From the IMG/VR virus record IMGVR_UViG_3300028840_002431, positions 310,001 to 374,000 of that record: a stretch of DNA of 64,000 nt. One strand, written 5' to 3'. The notes beneath the pieces are model-generated. The model worked only from the letters and a program-made list of their open reading frames with translations. It had not been told where the DNA came from and did no database searches. Numbering within the stretch: position 1 is the stretch's first letter; every line of letters begins with the position of its first letter. Made by a program: the position numbers and the translations under genes. Below, piece after piece: positions 37,101 through 47,543 of the stretch.

Positions 37101-39128
37101 AGCGAACACGTGATCATAGGTAAGGTCGATCGACCTAGCCCAATAAATGGGGTGCCCGGTCGGGAAGGGGCCAGAGGTGTTATCCACTACCACCAGTTCG
37201 GTGACGACGATTGAGGCCGAGCCGATACCCTTTCTTTCCCACGGGGCTACCGGGTCAGACTCCGGTAAGTAAACAGGCTGGTAGTTGACGAACTCAGACT
37301 CCAACGTGCGAGAAAGAGGCGGGTACGCAATCTTGTGTATGGGCGTGTTTAACAACAACAGGTTGGGGTCATTCAAGGCCGTGGAGTACGCTCGTTCATA
37401 CGCCCTATACTTCAAGTCACGTTGTAGCGGTTGCTCGATTCCAGCCCGGATATCCGACGCCACAAAAATGTCCGGCTGGACCAACGTGTTGTTATACCGG
37501 TATTTGTGTTGCGTGGTATCTACCGGCCGACCGGCATCCCGATTCCAATTGTTGAGACGGAATTCCTTGGAGTTCAAACGCCGGAAATCCACCGTTGGAT
37601 TACAGATCCAACAGTAGTCCACGCTCACCGTGTCCGCTGGATCTGGAACGGTCGGTAAAACAATCTGGCCCAAGAGGCCGACGACCGCGTCCGGAGTGAC
37701 CGGAAACCCGTTGATCGTTACCGTAACATCCGACGGATCATCGGCTATTTCACCGTCTCTGGGGTCGAAGAGGTCCCAGCTAATCGAACCGCTGGCCGGG
37801 TCCGGCACGGTGAAGCTCGCCACCACTTTCACAACTGTGGCCGAGACACGGGTGACTATTTTGAACGTCCCCGCGTTGAGAGTCGTTCCCGTAAGGGCGA
37901 TATAAAGACCCACGTGGGACGGGTCGATTATGGCTGTCGGGAGGGTCAACTGGGTCGCGCTGTCGATGGTGGCTGTAGCGCCCGTCTGGATGGACAAGGC
38001 CGGTTTTGTTATCGGACCCTGGTCTGTGAAAACGCTTCGAGACGTGATAGCCGGACTACCTGTGAAAGCTGCCTGATTCCACGTCGGGTCCAGTGGGTTC
38101 CCCGCTATGTCGTGGGGTGTGCTCGTGGCATTGACTGTCAGCAAATAATCCCCGCTGGAAAGGCCCACCGTCGTGAGCGCCACCTCTACGTCCGACAGGG
38201 TTCTGACGGTCTGGACAGCAACAGTAGTGGGTCCAGTAATTTCATACTCTCCGGGGTCCAGTAGAACCGAATCGATCCTCATGGGATAGGAGAATGTGGC
38301 GACTACCTGACCATCGTCCAAAGGCTCCGCGCCTGTGACTCGTGGTTGCGGAGCGCACCCCGTGTACGCCTGAGAGTCGTCGTAGGAGACCCCCAGACGG
38401 TCGAAGAGAGCACTGACCTCCAAGGTATAAGGCTCGCCCCCTGTGTGTCGGGAAGTCGTTAACAGGACCCCTTCTAACCCCTTGGTGTGGACCCATGGGA
38501 TAGAGCCGTTCCTGGGGTCCTTGATCATCAGATCCTGGTCCAACTCCAACGAACCGTCGGAGAAAACCGTCACGATCTGGGCAAACTGGATGTTGTTCGC
38601 GGCACTTGATAGTGAGATGAAGTCCCCAACCTCGAATGGCTGGGTTGCGTTCGCTGGTAAAAACCTGCGGGTCGTGGAGTTCGAGTACGCAAGCTCCGCC
38701 TGAAAAGATGACGCCCCTTCAGCCGTCGTCTTAGAATCAACGACCGGCTCGAAGCTAGAGACGGCCTCGAAAGTAGCCTGTGCGGACTTGAAGAGGCCCG
38801 GCGAGGGCGTCATGGAGCTTTCCCCGTCAGCCTCAACAGCTATCCCACTACCATACAAAACGCCGCTGGCTATCAAGGTGGGCTTCGCGTGTAACGAGGA
38901 GGAGCCTACCAGTGCGGCAGCGTTATCGAATAAAGGGCCGACGAACCCGACCCCAGACTGGACCACCGTGTACCGCAAGTCCACGTCGGAAACGGCGACA
39001 GAAACCGCGTCAGCGGAAGGTCGGATCTGGTACGAAGACAGATCTAAGGCATCGTGGAAGGAGAGTAAGCTTCCGAACGTTACTTCCAGGCCATTGTCAG
39101 TGCAAATTACAAGCATGGGGTGATTCAC
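34152..39128 (-). CDS. very large baseplate/receptor-binding protein with Ig-like and lectin-like beta-sandwich repeats
   Basis: 1658 aa; repeated DW...H.YR........V..D modules and Y.G...PE.....PW linkers. Confidence 0.6.
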   Translation of the reverse strand: MNHPMLVICTDNGLEVTFGSLLSFHDALDLSSYQIRPSADAVSVAVSDVDLRYTVVQSGVGFVGPLFDNAAALVGSSSLHAKPTLIASGVLYGSGIAVEADGESSMTPSPGLFKSAQATFEAVSSFEPVVDSKTTAEGASSFQAELAYSNSTTRRFLPANATQPFEVGDFISLSSAANNIQFAQIVTVFSDGSLELDQDLMIKDPRNGSIPWVHTKGLEGVLLTTSRHTGGEPYTLEVSALFDRLGVSYDDSQAYTGCAPQPRVTGAEPLDDGQVVATFSYPMRIDSVLLDPGEYEITGPTTVAVQTVRTLSDVEVALTTVGLSSGDYLLTVNATSTPHDIAGNPLDPTWNQAAFTGSPAITSRSVFTDQGPITKPALSIQTGATATIDSATQLTLPTAIIDPSHVGLYIALTGTTLNAGTFKIVTRVSATVVKVVASFTVPDPASGSISWDLFDPRDGEIADDPSDVTVTINGFPVTPDAVVGLLGQIVLPTVPDPADTVSVDYCWICNPTVDFRRLNSKEFRLNNWNRDAGRPVDTTQHKYRYNNTLVQPDIFVASDIRAGIEQPLQRDLKYRAYERAYSTALNDPNLLLLNTPIHKIAYPPLSRTLESEFVNYQPVYLPESDPVAPWERKGIGSASIVVTELVVVDNTSGPFPTGHPIYWARSIDLTYDHVFAIAWRMMVDAVPTPDGVFTGVACGYSDDDRAVVVGFLDDGAKKIGILKGGSGNDPSAITAWTGGLDSSGAPTNAPIESDWSVLSSYRIFRSRTGNVTVFVNGSVVPVLQVAAEELPYLEELNDPFNELQGAFFGSLSREAESTSTWSFVRYTSIPINPLQTAPSVFVSYEGTTPPEEASQPWTPVGFHGTETITASEFLLLDSTSATDLPSSSAAGLISGDFKGYFRIEPLLSESFNTVLDVNLALYTHTHGITPNALLAAIDDGRRLIQLCFFPDQAAPKFSYGGRAFPEDFAPYLWGKTGGATPTMVGQLLKIDDASTTDGLVYYLDDSEPVGSDNRVVDHTADYIFEFRTQVSSYIPDLAGFAGVMTSVYDSQRAVGMMLEEIAGQRYVTFHSDGVPILGGRFAFDWYDNAFHTYRAVKSTSGNLVSLFIDDSYIGSIPYSDFTVPVFSPSGMVSFGSSTALSVQAESVVTWAYANFWKVNNNVRKFAGIWKGYDSDSLTGYHLPLRITGREAAVNGNTITDVNADFVTAGVLVGDQLVVDDGANKGVYTVASVAPLGDVTKLTISSLFPLQPSEVDYRIVLETDWTTYHKYRIVKAPGGGVTVLLDADTDPWIHADYSSLDLPPSTSGIAWTIANGLPSILWGAFDPTNISQSSWDYVRFGAIRSQTDLGIVPHHMVLNQRNIMASYEHHQTTIPHTHTNFWSESQGIPPQTEPDFLRDPNLVAYTLLNDGTPLVPETQTYEIRNPSPTLVPVSGLNRPEDVLNSQGFLLNESTRKIQIIVPDDVLYNCLKVIETTSGSEDANIAPFSDECQPDWGTIFYQDRVCLSYDGAVLPEDDPTAITPWTRVSDDPTHQFASAFAGILTYGTDGVGTRTTYRNNTPLPDAISLQTEVLFRLKVLQDSTGGLGDSQIRIGFSSPGVTVGLAFVTTPLGERYVLAVDLNSGDVVGGIPFDFYDGSYHDYRLVRDPGSAAIQIFIDS

Positions 39129-39157
39129 TACTTGCTGAGCTAGAGAATCTTTCTCGA

Positions 39158-39973
39158 TTAGAAGTCATCGGAATGATCCTCCCCGACAACACAACGGTTC
39201 GTCTTCTTTCCGAGCCGGTCGCGGTCCCGTATCCCCTGCCAATAAGAACGGAAGTCATCATAGTAATAGATGCCCATCCTCCACCGCATGGCGTCAAGAA
39301 CCTTACCGATCGGGTCGTTCGGAAAATACTCGTCTGAGAAGATGTAACGGATACGAAAGAGCGTGTGTGCCGGGCGCACCAAATCCAATATCTGACGGAT
39401 AGCCGCGTCAGCGTCGAACACGTCAGGAGGAAAGCCGCCACCGGGAGGCACCAAGTAGTCTACGCTGAACCCAAACTGGTCCGAGATGTCATATCCCCCG
39501 GCCCCTTGCCGAGTAAGCAAGAAGTTCTCCGTCACGATAATGTTCTCGGAAATGAACAACTCCACGGCGTCGCTCATCGACTCAGGAACAGAGCCTTGAA
39601 AGTAAATCCGGATAAGGTTCAAAAAGAAGTTTCGGAACTCCTCGTCTGACCAACCGAGATCGGGCAATTTGCTGTTGACCAAGACCATGTACCCGACGAT
39701 CGACCAGAGAAAGTCCGACCGAGTTGTCGCGTATTGCCTATCCCGATCGATGTCCTCAAGTGCCAACTCTAACCGAGCTATCTCTACCGCCACGGCTTTG
39801 AGGGCCTGTGTGTAGTTCGGCCCCTGGACACTCGACAGATAGTTAGAAGCGAGCAGATTTAACAGGGTAGTGAATATTGTCTGTGCTCGTTGAATGAGCC
39901 GCAGATTATACTCTTTACCTTTCTGCTCGACTGTCGAGTTGAGACGGTCATCGCCAAAAACGAATCTAGCCAT
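39158..39973 (-). CDS. baseplate wedge protein (P2 gpI / T4 gp7-like)
   Basis: SDEEFRNF...IYFQGS and LDLVRPAHT motifs; follows the baseplate J gene. Confidence 0.7.
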   Translation of the reverse strand: MARFVFGDDRLNSTVEQKGKEYNLRLIQRAQTIFTTLLNLLASNYLSSVQGPNYTQALKAVAVEIARLELALEDIDRDRQYATTRSDFLWSIVGYMVLVNSKLPDLGWSDEEFRNFFLNLIRIYFQGSVPESMSDAVELFISENIIVTENFLLTRQGAGGYDISDQFGFSVDYLVPPGGGFPPDVFDADAAIRQILDLVRPAHTLFRIRYIFSDEYFPNDPIGKVLDAMRWRMGIYYYDDFRSYWQGIRDRDRLGKKTNRCVVGEDHSDDF

Positions 39974-39986
39974 TCTTACCGCCTCT

Positions 39987-42900
39987 TCACACTTCCGTGT
40001 AAGCTCTGTAGGTTATCGTGAACACTCCCAGATTCAGAGCCTCCATCGAAGCCACCGTGATGTCGTGGGAGCCAGAGTCTCCTCGAATCACATAACTGAT
40101 CGCGTACTCATGCTCTTCGGGGTTGTCGGGAGGAGTCCCAGTCCCCAACAGGGACAGGACCACGTGGTTGGCCGTACGGCGTAAGCGCTCCGCCTCATAC
40201 TCGTTGGGTAGAAACCCTTCGGCTGCGAGCGTGGCATCGTCGGAGTACCCCACGATTACCGCGCCACCGGACCCTATGATGTAGGCTTGGTCCTCCGCCG
40301 AACATACGAGAGCCAGGGTAGTCGAGAGCGTCATGGCCTCATCGTCCTGGAACACGCCTTTATGCTCTGTATCCAGACCGCCTCCGTCGGTGGTTGGGTA
40401 ATTCAGGGCATCCGTCAGGATGTAGGCGAGGTTCCCTCCAATATCCAGCGACGGGAGCCGAACGTATGTTGAACGTAACCCTTCCCGGAGGCGTTGACTC
40501 ACATCCTGGTACGCCATCCGAGCCATTGGCAAGACGTTGAATTGAACGCCCGTGCTGTTGTTGATCGCAGCATCCACGTTCGATTGCGCGGTGTCCTCTC
40601 CGATGAGCTTCTTGTTCAGGTCAAGAGAGACGTTGTTCCGGATAACAGGGTCAGAGTTGTCCTTCGTAGCCCCCTTCTCCAACTGGACGGTCGTCTCGAT
40701 ATCGACGGCGTTGAGGACAGCTTGCTTGACCAGAACGTCGGCCGTCACATGCCGCTTGTTGTTAACGATGGCCTGTAGCTGTTGGATAAGGTCGTTGATC
40801 ACGTACGTGACGATGAAGTTCTCGTCGTGGACATAATCCACGGACACCTCTTCGCCGTTGGCAATCTGGGAAGCCTCTGTCCGAACTATCCTGGCAGGGG
40901 TAGTAGCCGTTCCCTGGACTATGTCATAATCGGGTGCTGTAGCGCCGGGAGGTTCGTATTCGAGCGTTCGACTCTCGTTGAACACCCGTATTGTAGCAGT
41001 GTTGATACCAACACTCCCTAACGGCTCCTGTTCGAATCCAATGAGAACGTGAAGCTCGTCGTTGACAGTTATTGTGTTCCCACTGGGCACTCCGCCCGAC
41101 GGAGTGATAGCCACGTAGTTCTGTGCAATTGTGCTCTCGCCGTCCAGGAGCGGATCGTCGGTTTTGTACAACTGATAGTGAGTGCTTGGGTCCAGCGCAC
41201 CCGATATCTGTCCCACAACCGACACGACCCGGCGTACTGGTTGTAAGGTCATGTAGAAGCGGTTCACGACCCGGAACCGGTAATCCGCCTGAATGATATC
41301 GTCGATGGCTGTCGCCGGTTGCGGGATACCTGTGTTTATCTGGAACGTCTCGTAGTCCAGGATAACAACGCCGGTCAAATCGTAGTCCGTCCCCGTGGTG
41401 ACGTTCCGAACACCAAGCCCCTGAGACGGATTGTTCAAAATCTCGATGATAGGCGTGGTTGGCGTCACACGCGAATCCAAGACACGGAAGATGAGGTTGG
41501 TTACGTCTATAATCTGACACTGGGTATCGCGGGCCACGTCGAAGGTGAAAGCGAACGTGTCCTGAACTTGCCGCTCCTGGACGCCTTGAATCCAAACATC
41601 GACCTTACCGCCGATGTGCTTCTTTCGCACCTCATCGTAGTCACGCATCATGAGGTTGTCGCCGCTCTTGATGATCTTGTTCTTGATGACGCCGATCTTG
41701 GCGGCGGCAGTCGCGGCATAACCAGTTTCTGTACCAGTATCCACTGACGCGAAAGCCAGTATCGACCGACTGGCCAGGGCGGCGTTGGATTCCCTGTCAT
41801 CACCAAAAACGGTGGCAGCCTCATTGGTAGCTTGTAGACCGCTAACGCCGACCAGGGTCGTGATCGCCCCGGCTGGAACATTGCCCGCCGAGCCAGCGGC
41901 TTCCGCCACAATCGAGACTCGTAGCTCGTACCGGCGAGCGTCGAAGTTGTAATAAGCGTCTGCGTTATCGGCCGGAAGCACAAACGATCCGCCGATTCTG
42001 AACCGCTGAGCCGTGACACCGGTCTCTTCGTCGGCCGTGGAAATAGCAGTAGACCCCGCTGGTACGGTAATATCCTGGGAGGGCCGAGTTGCCGTGTAGA
42101 GGGTCAGAGTGCCGGTCGCCTGTCGGCCAGCCAGTCGTGTTAGATTGACGTTGGCGGCCAACTTATCGAACTGTTGATCGATAAGAGACTGGACCGACGT
42201 GTCGTTCGTGTACCCGAGAGCAGCCTTAAGGGCTTGCTTATAAGCACTGCTCACAACCGGGTCCGAAGTCCCGTCCCCACTCACATTGTCAATAGCAAGC
42301 AGGGTCAGGAAACTCTGGCTCCGGTGAACAAAATCCAGCAAGAACCAAATGCGCTCAGCTTCCGACGCAAACGGGTCGATGTTTACGTCTCTTGAGACAG
42401 AACCAGGAACAAGGGAGATTTCGGCGTTGACCCTGAGGACGGCGGCTACATAGTCCGTGACAATCTGGGCTTGCGTACGACCTGGAAGATCTCGAATCGT
42501 GGTGTCGATGACCAATGGGGACCCAAGAACCTCCTGCGAATATGGTGTTTCCACCTCTGTGTTCGTGGTTGGGTCCCAATAGACACCCGTCACAACATAG
42601 TAAAGCGGGGCAGCGTCATCGACACTAATGAACTGATCCGTATTGATGAAACCAGTCCCTCCTGCGCGACTATGGGTCCATGCGATAAACTCGTCGAACC
42701 TGTAGTTCTGAAGAGTGCTCGTGAAACGAAGTCGCCCCGCCAACTGTTGGTTGTCGTGGAAGGAGTCCATCCGAATTTCTAACTCATTGCCGAACTCGTC
42801 TTCTTCCGTAACCCGGATTCGCAGATTCTTGTTGGCACTCACATCCCATTCGGCCAAGTCCTCGTAGTCCAGGATGTCTGATTCTTCATACTCAATAGGA

Positions 42901-43463
42901 GTCGTTACCGGTTTCTCGTTAATCCGGTAGTAACCAGAGGTTCCAGACGGTTCTACCGACGCATAGAAGTTGAAACCCAAGAACGTGGCCGTGTCAGTGG
43001 TAACAATGACGAGATCACCCTCATCGTCCTGGATTACGTTCTCGATAGGTTGGGGTTTGGCGACGAGAATGTCGATCGTGTCTCTATTCCGATGGACTCT
43101 TATTCCCGTGGGAGTCTGTGTTTCTTGAGTGTCCGGCTCCGCCACCCGTGTCACAACAACCGAAGAAGGTGCCGAAACACTCCCTACAATATCCACAGTC
43201 CTGATCAGGATTGTGTTAACGCCAAACTCTATGGGCAGTCCGGTCGGATAGACCGATAAATTGGGGATCGTGAAGCCTTGTAGAACAAAGCTTACCAAGT
43301 CGGGGTCAGATACGAACGGAGCACCGTTCACAGAGATCTGGATCGAAACCGTTGGGACATCAACGGTACCCTCGATAACGATCGCCTCTTGGTTAGTGGT
43401 GAACACAAGGTTAGTGGTGTACCCACTACCGTCTCGAAGCGCTATTTGTGGAGCCGTTGCCAT
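39987..43463 (-). CDS. baseplate J-like wedge protein
   Basis: PGSVSRD, ATGTLT...VPAGS, AEAAGSAGNVPAGAI, TNEAATVFGDDRESNAAL, GGKVDVWI. Confidence 0.88.
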   Translation of the reverse strand: MATAPQIALRDGSGYTTNLVFTTNQEAIVIEGTVDVPTVSIQISVNGAPFVSDPDLVSFVLQGFTIPNLSVYPTGLPIEFGVNTILIRTVDIVGSVSAPSSVVVTRVAEPDTQETQTPTGIRVHRNRDTIDILVAKPQPIENVIQDDEGDLVIVTTDTATFLGFNFYASVEPSGTSGYYRINEKPVTTPIEYEESDILDYEDLAEWDVSANKNLRIRVTEEDEFGNELEIRMDSFHDNQQLAGRLRFTSTLQNYRFDEFIAWTHSRAGGTGFINTDQFISVDDAAPLYYVVTGVYWDPTTNTEVETPYSQEVLGSPLVIDTTIRDLPGRTQAQIVTDYVAAVLRVNAEISLVPGSVSRDVNIDPFASEAERIWFLLDFVHRSQSFLTLLAIDNVSGDGTSDPVVSSAYKQALKAALGYTNDTSVQSLIDQQFDKLAANVNLTRLAGRQATGTLTLYTATRPSQDITVPAGSTAISTADEETGVTAQRFRIGGSFVLPADNADAYYNFDARRYELRVSIVAEAAGSAGNVPAGAITTLVGVSGLQATNEAATVFGDDRESNAALASRSILAFASVDTGTETGYAATAAAKIGVIKNKIIKSGDNLMMRDYDEVRKKHIGGKVDVWIQGVQERQVQDTFAFTFDVARDTQCQIIDVTNLIFRVLDSRVTPTTPIIEILNNPSQGLGVRNVTTGTDYDLTGVVILDYETFQINTGIPQPATAIDDIIQADYRFRVVNRFYMTLQPVRRVVSVVGQISGALDPSTHYQLYKTDDPLLDGESTIAQNYVAITPSGGVPSGNTITVNDELHVLIGFEQEPLGSVGINTATIRVFNESRTLEYEPPGATAPDYDIVQGTATTPARIVRTEASQIANGEEVSVDYVHDENFIVTYVINDLIQQLQAIVNNKRHVTADVLVKQAVLNAVDIETTVQLEKGATKDNSDPVIRNNVSLDLNKKLIGEDTAQSNVDAAINNSTGVQFNVLPMARMAYQDVSQRLREGLRSTYVRLPSLDIGGNLAYILTDALNYPTTDGGGLDTEHKGVFQDDEAMTLSTTLALVCSAEDQAYIIGSGGAVIVGYSDDATLAAEGFLPNEYEAERLRRTANHVVLSLLGTGTPPDNPEEHEYAISYVIRGDSGSHDITVASMEALNLGVFTITYRAYTEV

Positions 43464-43466
43464 ACT

Positions 43467-44600
43467 CTAACCCGATAAGACCGTCCCGCTTAGTGATTGC
43501 CGGATAGTTCCGCCTGTTGTGTCTGGGAGTTCCAAAGCCTCTGGCAACTGCAAGCCACGAGTGAGTTGGATAGGTTCACTAGAACGATTTTGAACAGTAC
43601 ATGTGACGAAAACAACAGTCGGGTCCTGGGTGCTTTGTTCTAACACCACCGACAAAAGCCTGAACGGAAACTCCCTGTCCGTCACGGTTTGCCCGACATT
43701 TTCTTCTTGCTGCCTCTTGATAGACTGCCAACGGTTGAAAGCTTGGTACAAATCCGCTGTGATAATGTTCTGGGTGAAACCGCCCGCTGCCATCTTCTTG
43801 CCTATAGACTCGATGAGTTGAGTCCCGTACCACGTGTGCAGAGGGTTGCTCCCCTGTATCGTGTAAAAGTCTTTCTGTAGCTCTTGGATGAGCAAAGCCT
43901 CATCCCGAAGCTCGATGATCTTGCCATTCCTGTCATAACGCCAGTCGTGCTCGACGCCGACGCCACCACACCGCCGACATTCTTCGCGGATCGTAACATA
44001 CGAGATCTCAACGAAGTCGGAGCCGCTCCGTAGGGGTTCGTCGAAGATAACCAAACGAGTAGGACGATCCTCAAGGGTTGTGGGATCGCCAACAAGAGTC
44101 CACCCCGGAACAAGTTGTTGGCCACGGTAATTCCGGTGTGCCTGGAACCCGAAGACGCTGGCTGCCGTGCTCGTGCTCTCTATGAAAAAACTGTTGGCCG
44201 GACCACTTTCCAGGGTGGATAGCGCCAACCGCTCATTCACCACGGAAAAGGTAATACCTCGAACCTGCCGATTCAGGAGCGCCGCCACCCGAGCAGCGTC
44301 CATACGATCCAAAGCGGGAAGAACGGCTGTCTGGACACTTCCCTGGTTCACCGATATGTCCAATGTGTCATCAACCCCAGTCGTGACGCTAAAAGGACCT
44401 CTCTTGGTGCCCGAAGTCTTGGCCGGGAGGGAGACACCCTCCGATGGCACCGAAACCTCGTTATTTAACAAGACTTTGACGGACGTTGTAGATGAAATCG
44501 GCCGTATTGGGCGAACAGTCTGTCGGTCGTCGGCTACGAACAGCGCCTCTTCGACCACCTCGTGTGGGCACACCTGATCTATTTGCAAGTCAAAAGACAT
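43467..44600 (-). CDS. gp25-like baseplate wedge / sheath-initiator protein with extra domains
   Basis: C-terminal LLIQELQK...GSNPLHTWYGT; position directly before baseplate J; CRRCGGVG. Confidence 0.65.
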   Translation of the reverse strand: MSFDLQIDQVCPHEVVEEALFVADDRQTVRPIRPISSTTSVKVLLNNEVSVPSEGVSLPAKTSGTKRGPFSVTTGVDDTLDISVNQGSVQTAVLPALDRMDAARVAALLNRQVRGITFSVVNERLALSTLESGPANSFFIESTSTAASVFGFQAHRNYRGQQLVPGWTLVGDPTTLEDRPTRLVIFDEPLRSGSDFVEISYVTIREECRRCGGVGVEHDWRYDRNGKIIELRDEALLIQELQKDFYTIQGSNPLHTWYGTQLIESIGKKMAAGGFTQNIITADLYQAFNRWQSIKRQQEENVGQTVTDREFPFRLLSVVLEQSTQDPTVVFVTCTVQNRSSEPIQLTRGLQLPEALELPDTTGGTIRQSLSGTVLSG

Positions 44601-44601
44601 G

Positions 44602-45336
44602 TTACGCCTTCGGCTTGACGGCCCCGTCCAAGGTCCGCTCGTAAGAAACAGGATCGCCGCGTTCCGGCCCTGGCATATACCCAGCTACAGGGGCGCGGGC
44701 GAGCTTACCGTGCGGATCTGGGTCCGCCTTATCGTTCGTGATCGCCATGTATTGCCGATCATTGGCTAGAGCCTCGATTTCACTAATGTAGAAGGCCAAG
44801 GACCCGTCAGTCTCAACACTCTCCTTGAGTAGCCTCAACTCGCTGATTTCGGCTTCTAACTGATCGGCGTAATCCAAGGCCCGTTGGATCTTACGCTCTA
44901 GGGCCTCCCTCCTCCTGTGGAGGTCCTCACCGACCCAGTGACGCATCTTTTGGATCAGGAGAGCCGATTCGGCGTCAGACATGCCCAAAACACTAAGAAC
45001 TTCACCATTGCTCATGAGTTGCGCCGGTTTTGTCTCGTCCCCGGCAAGCTGGTAGACAGGTTGCTTCTTGCTCCGGACCTGTAAATCGAATTCGACCTCG
45101 CCTCCAAGGGCCTCGTAAACCCCAAACAATTTCCCCACATATGTGGTGGGCGGGTCGCCAGCGTAAGCCGACGGGACGCCTCCGTCATCAAACGCAAAGG
45201 CCAAGTTGCCTATCCGGTCTCGCTCAGACTCCAGGTGTACGATCCGAGCGTCAATAAGCTGTACCTGATCCTGTACATACTTCTTGAACCGCTCGAACTG
45301 ACTGGCCGTAAACGTACCGTTAAAATCAAAAGACAC
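44602..45336 (-). CDS. hypothetical coiled-coil virion protein
   Basis: GGAGG SD with GTG start; heptad segments. Confidence 0.65.
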   Translation of the reverse strand: MSFDFNGTFTASQFERFKKYVQDQVQLIDARIVHLESERDRIGNLAFAFDDGGVPSAYAGDPPTTYVGKLFGVYEALGGEVEFDLQVRSKKQPVYQLAGDETKPAQLMSNGEVLSVLGMSDAESALLIQKMRHWVGEDLHRRREALERKIQRALDYADQLEAEISELRLLKESVETDGSLAFYISEIEALANDRQYMAITNDKADPDPHGKLARAPVAGYMPGPERGDPVSYERTLDGAVKPKA

Positions 45337-45362
45337 TTACGCCTCCACGTTATACGGCACCA

Positions 45363-47543
45363 TTAGAAGATCAGAGAAAAAGCCTCCTCAAATGGGCCGA
45401 TATCAACCGCTACGTACGCAAAGGACACGCCTCCTGTGTACCCTCCGGGACCGCTGGGTGGCGGTGTCCCCCCGGCGTTATCGATCAACCTTACCCATTC
45501 GTTGACATCCCCTTCCACAGACGGAACACTTAGAATGTAGAAGCCGACCGAAAGACTTAACACAAAATCCAAAATCGAAATCAAATAAGCCAAGAACTCT
45601 TCTAGGACATCGATCTTACGGATAAGAAGATCGATGAAAGCCTTGAGTTCGTCTATAACACCCTTGTAGGCGTCAAGAAGAGCTTGCATCTTGGCGAGCA
45701 AGTCATATAGAAGCTGCCCCGACCAAGGTACGATATCCCTGAGAAGGCTGATCTGAATCCAGTCCGGGGGCGTTCCACCAAGAGTAAAAGCCTTACAGAA
45801 GTTCACAGCCCTTAACACGTTTTCGCGAACTTTGGTGTCCTCAAAAGCACGAGAGTAAAGAACTCCCGCGTCCTGTACCCCTCCCTGACCCGCCTCCGTG
45901 GGGTCCTGGACTTCTGTGATCTCGAACACAAGTTCTGAGATATTAGTAGCCGTCAGACCCTCTACGTCCGGGTCGCCCTCAGGGTAAGGGCCTTCCATAA
46001 GGGCCTTGAACGAAACGGCGTTGTTGGCCTCTAACATCGCCCCGGCCACGATCGACGCCAGACGGGTTGAGTTCCTCCTGACCAAGGAATTATTCCAAGG
46101 GAGTTCTGGTAGCTCGCCTGTGGCCGGGTCCGGTTGGAAGATAGAGGTGATATCAGTGGACCCGGCCCCCTCGAACTCCCCGCCAACCAACGGGATAGCC
46201 GCAAACGACGACAAAGGCCCGGACAGAGAGGTCAAAGACCCTTTTCCAATATCCTCAGGATCTGTGGGATCTTGGGCCTGACCGTTCTCATCCTTATCAG
46301 GAGGCAGGTGAAAGTTCAGGGAGAACGCCGTCTGGAACAACCGCTTGAGGTTCTCGATGACATCGAAGTCCTCCGGGTATTCCGGAATCCGTATAGGGCT
46401 GACAGGGGAAGCCTTTCCCATGACGGGCGCGTCGTTCGGGTCGGTGCCGGGCCACTCTATAAAAGGGACCTGATCCACCACGTTGGCTTCCGGTGATTTG
46501 AAGTTAACTGTCGTGCCCGTGATATCCAGGTTGCCGCTGTAAGCCCTGACTCTGTAATAATACGTCTTGTTCAACTCAACATCGTCGTCGATGTATCTGT
46601 AGGTGCCGAGTTGCCCCAGAAGAAAAGTCGCGGTGTTGGTAGTGGCGTCGATGACGATATACTTCTGAAACTTGTAGAACGGGTCGTTGTATTGATCGAA
46701 CAGACGGGTCTTGCGTATGATGTTTTGGCCCGGCTCTCCGCGAGCCTCGAACTTCGTAGGGACTTCCGCCGTGACCTGACCACAGGCGTCAGGATTCCCT
46801 AGCTCAGATACATCGACCTCCCCTACCGCTGGGTTCTTCTCACTCTTCTCAATGAGGAACCTGGGAGGGATAAACTGAGTAGCAATTTGCCCGAATAGAT
46901 CGGAGAAACCTGGATCTCCTGGGACAGTTGTCGGAGGCAGGGACCACTCAACCACAACAGACTCTGGCTGGTCCTGGAACACCTTGACGACAGAAAGTAT
47001 AGGGTCCCCGTCGTCGCCTAACGGAAGTACTTTGAAGTTAGCCGGGGCCAAATATTGAGGGGATAGAAACTCCTTACCCAAGAAATCGAGCAGGATTTTC
47101 ATCAGCCGGACGAGACCCAGCGGCCCCTCTGCGTCCGCCACAATAATAACAAACCCACTCTTCGTCACGACCGGGATAGGTTGCGGCCTGTTAGGGTCCC
47201 TGGAATCATATAACCCGGCCTTGTAGCGAGTCGTGAACGCGGGAAAACCACCAACGAAACGGTTGAAGTTAGGATCTACAAGAGGGTCGGGGACATCGAA
47301 CCACCCGTAAATACCCGTCCGTTTGAGGGCTTCGAATAGCTGTAAGATCCTCTGGATGAGTGCTTCCAGGAGCGCCTTGAGCGGGTTGCCGAAGTCAATT
47401 AAGAAAGCCTTCACAGTCTCCAAAATGGCCTTGATGACCTCCAAAAAGACCATCAGGGTTTCGAGGATGTTCCTTGCCCCTTCCAGCAAATCCTCGCCGG
47501 GGAGTTTGATCTCGAAAGACTGCCAATTTGGAGGTGCGGCCAT
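45363..47543 (-). CDS. virion protein with amphipathic helical ends and central FN3-like region
   Basis: YIDDDVELNKTYYYRVRAY is FN3-like; both termini are long amphipathic helices. Confidence 0.6.
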   Translation of the reverse strand: MAAPPNWQSFEIKLPGEDLLEGARNILETLMVFLEVIKAILETVKAFLIDFGNPLKALLEALIQRILQLFEALKRTGIYGWFDVPDPLVDPNFNRFVGGFPAFTTRYKAGLYDSRDPNRPQPIPVVTKSGFVIIVADAEGPLGLVRLMKILLDFLGKEFLSPQYLAPANFKVLPLGDDGDPILSVVKVFQDQPESVVVEWSLPPTTVPGDPGFSDLFGQIATQFIPPRFLIEKSEKNPAVGEVDVSELGNPDACGQVTAEVPTKFEARGEPGQNIIRKTRLFDQYNDPFYKFQKYIVIDATTNTATFLLGQLGTYRYIDDDVELNKTYYYRVRAYSGNLDITGTTVNFKSPEANVVDQVPFIEWPGTDPNDAPVMGKASPVSPIRIPEYPEDFDVIENLKRLFQTAFSLNFHLPPDKDENGQAQDPTDPEDIGKGSLTSLSGPLSSFAAIPLVGGEFEGAGSTDITSIFQPDPATGELPELPWNNSLVRRNSTRLASIVAGAMLEANNAVSFKALMEGPYPEGDPDVEGLTATNISELVFEITEVQDPTEAGQGGVQDAGVLYSRAFEDTKVRENVLRAVNFCKAFTLGGTPPDWIQISLLRDIVPWSGQLLYDLLAKMQALLDAYKGVIDELKAFIDLLIRKIDVLEEFLAYLISILDFVLSLSVGFYILSVPSVEGDVNEWVRLIDNAGGTPPPSGPGGYTGGVSFAYVAVDIGPFEEAFSLIF

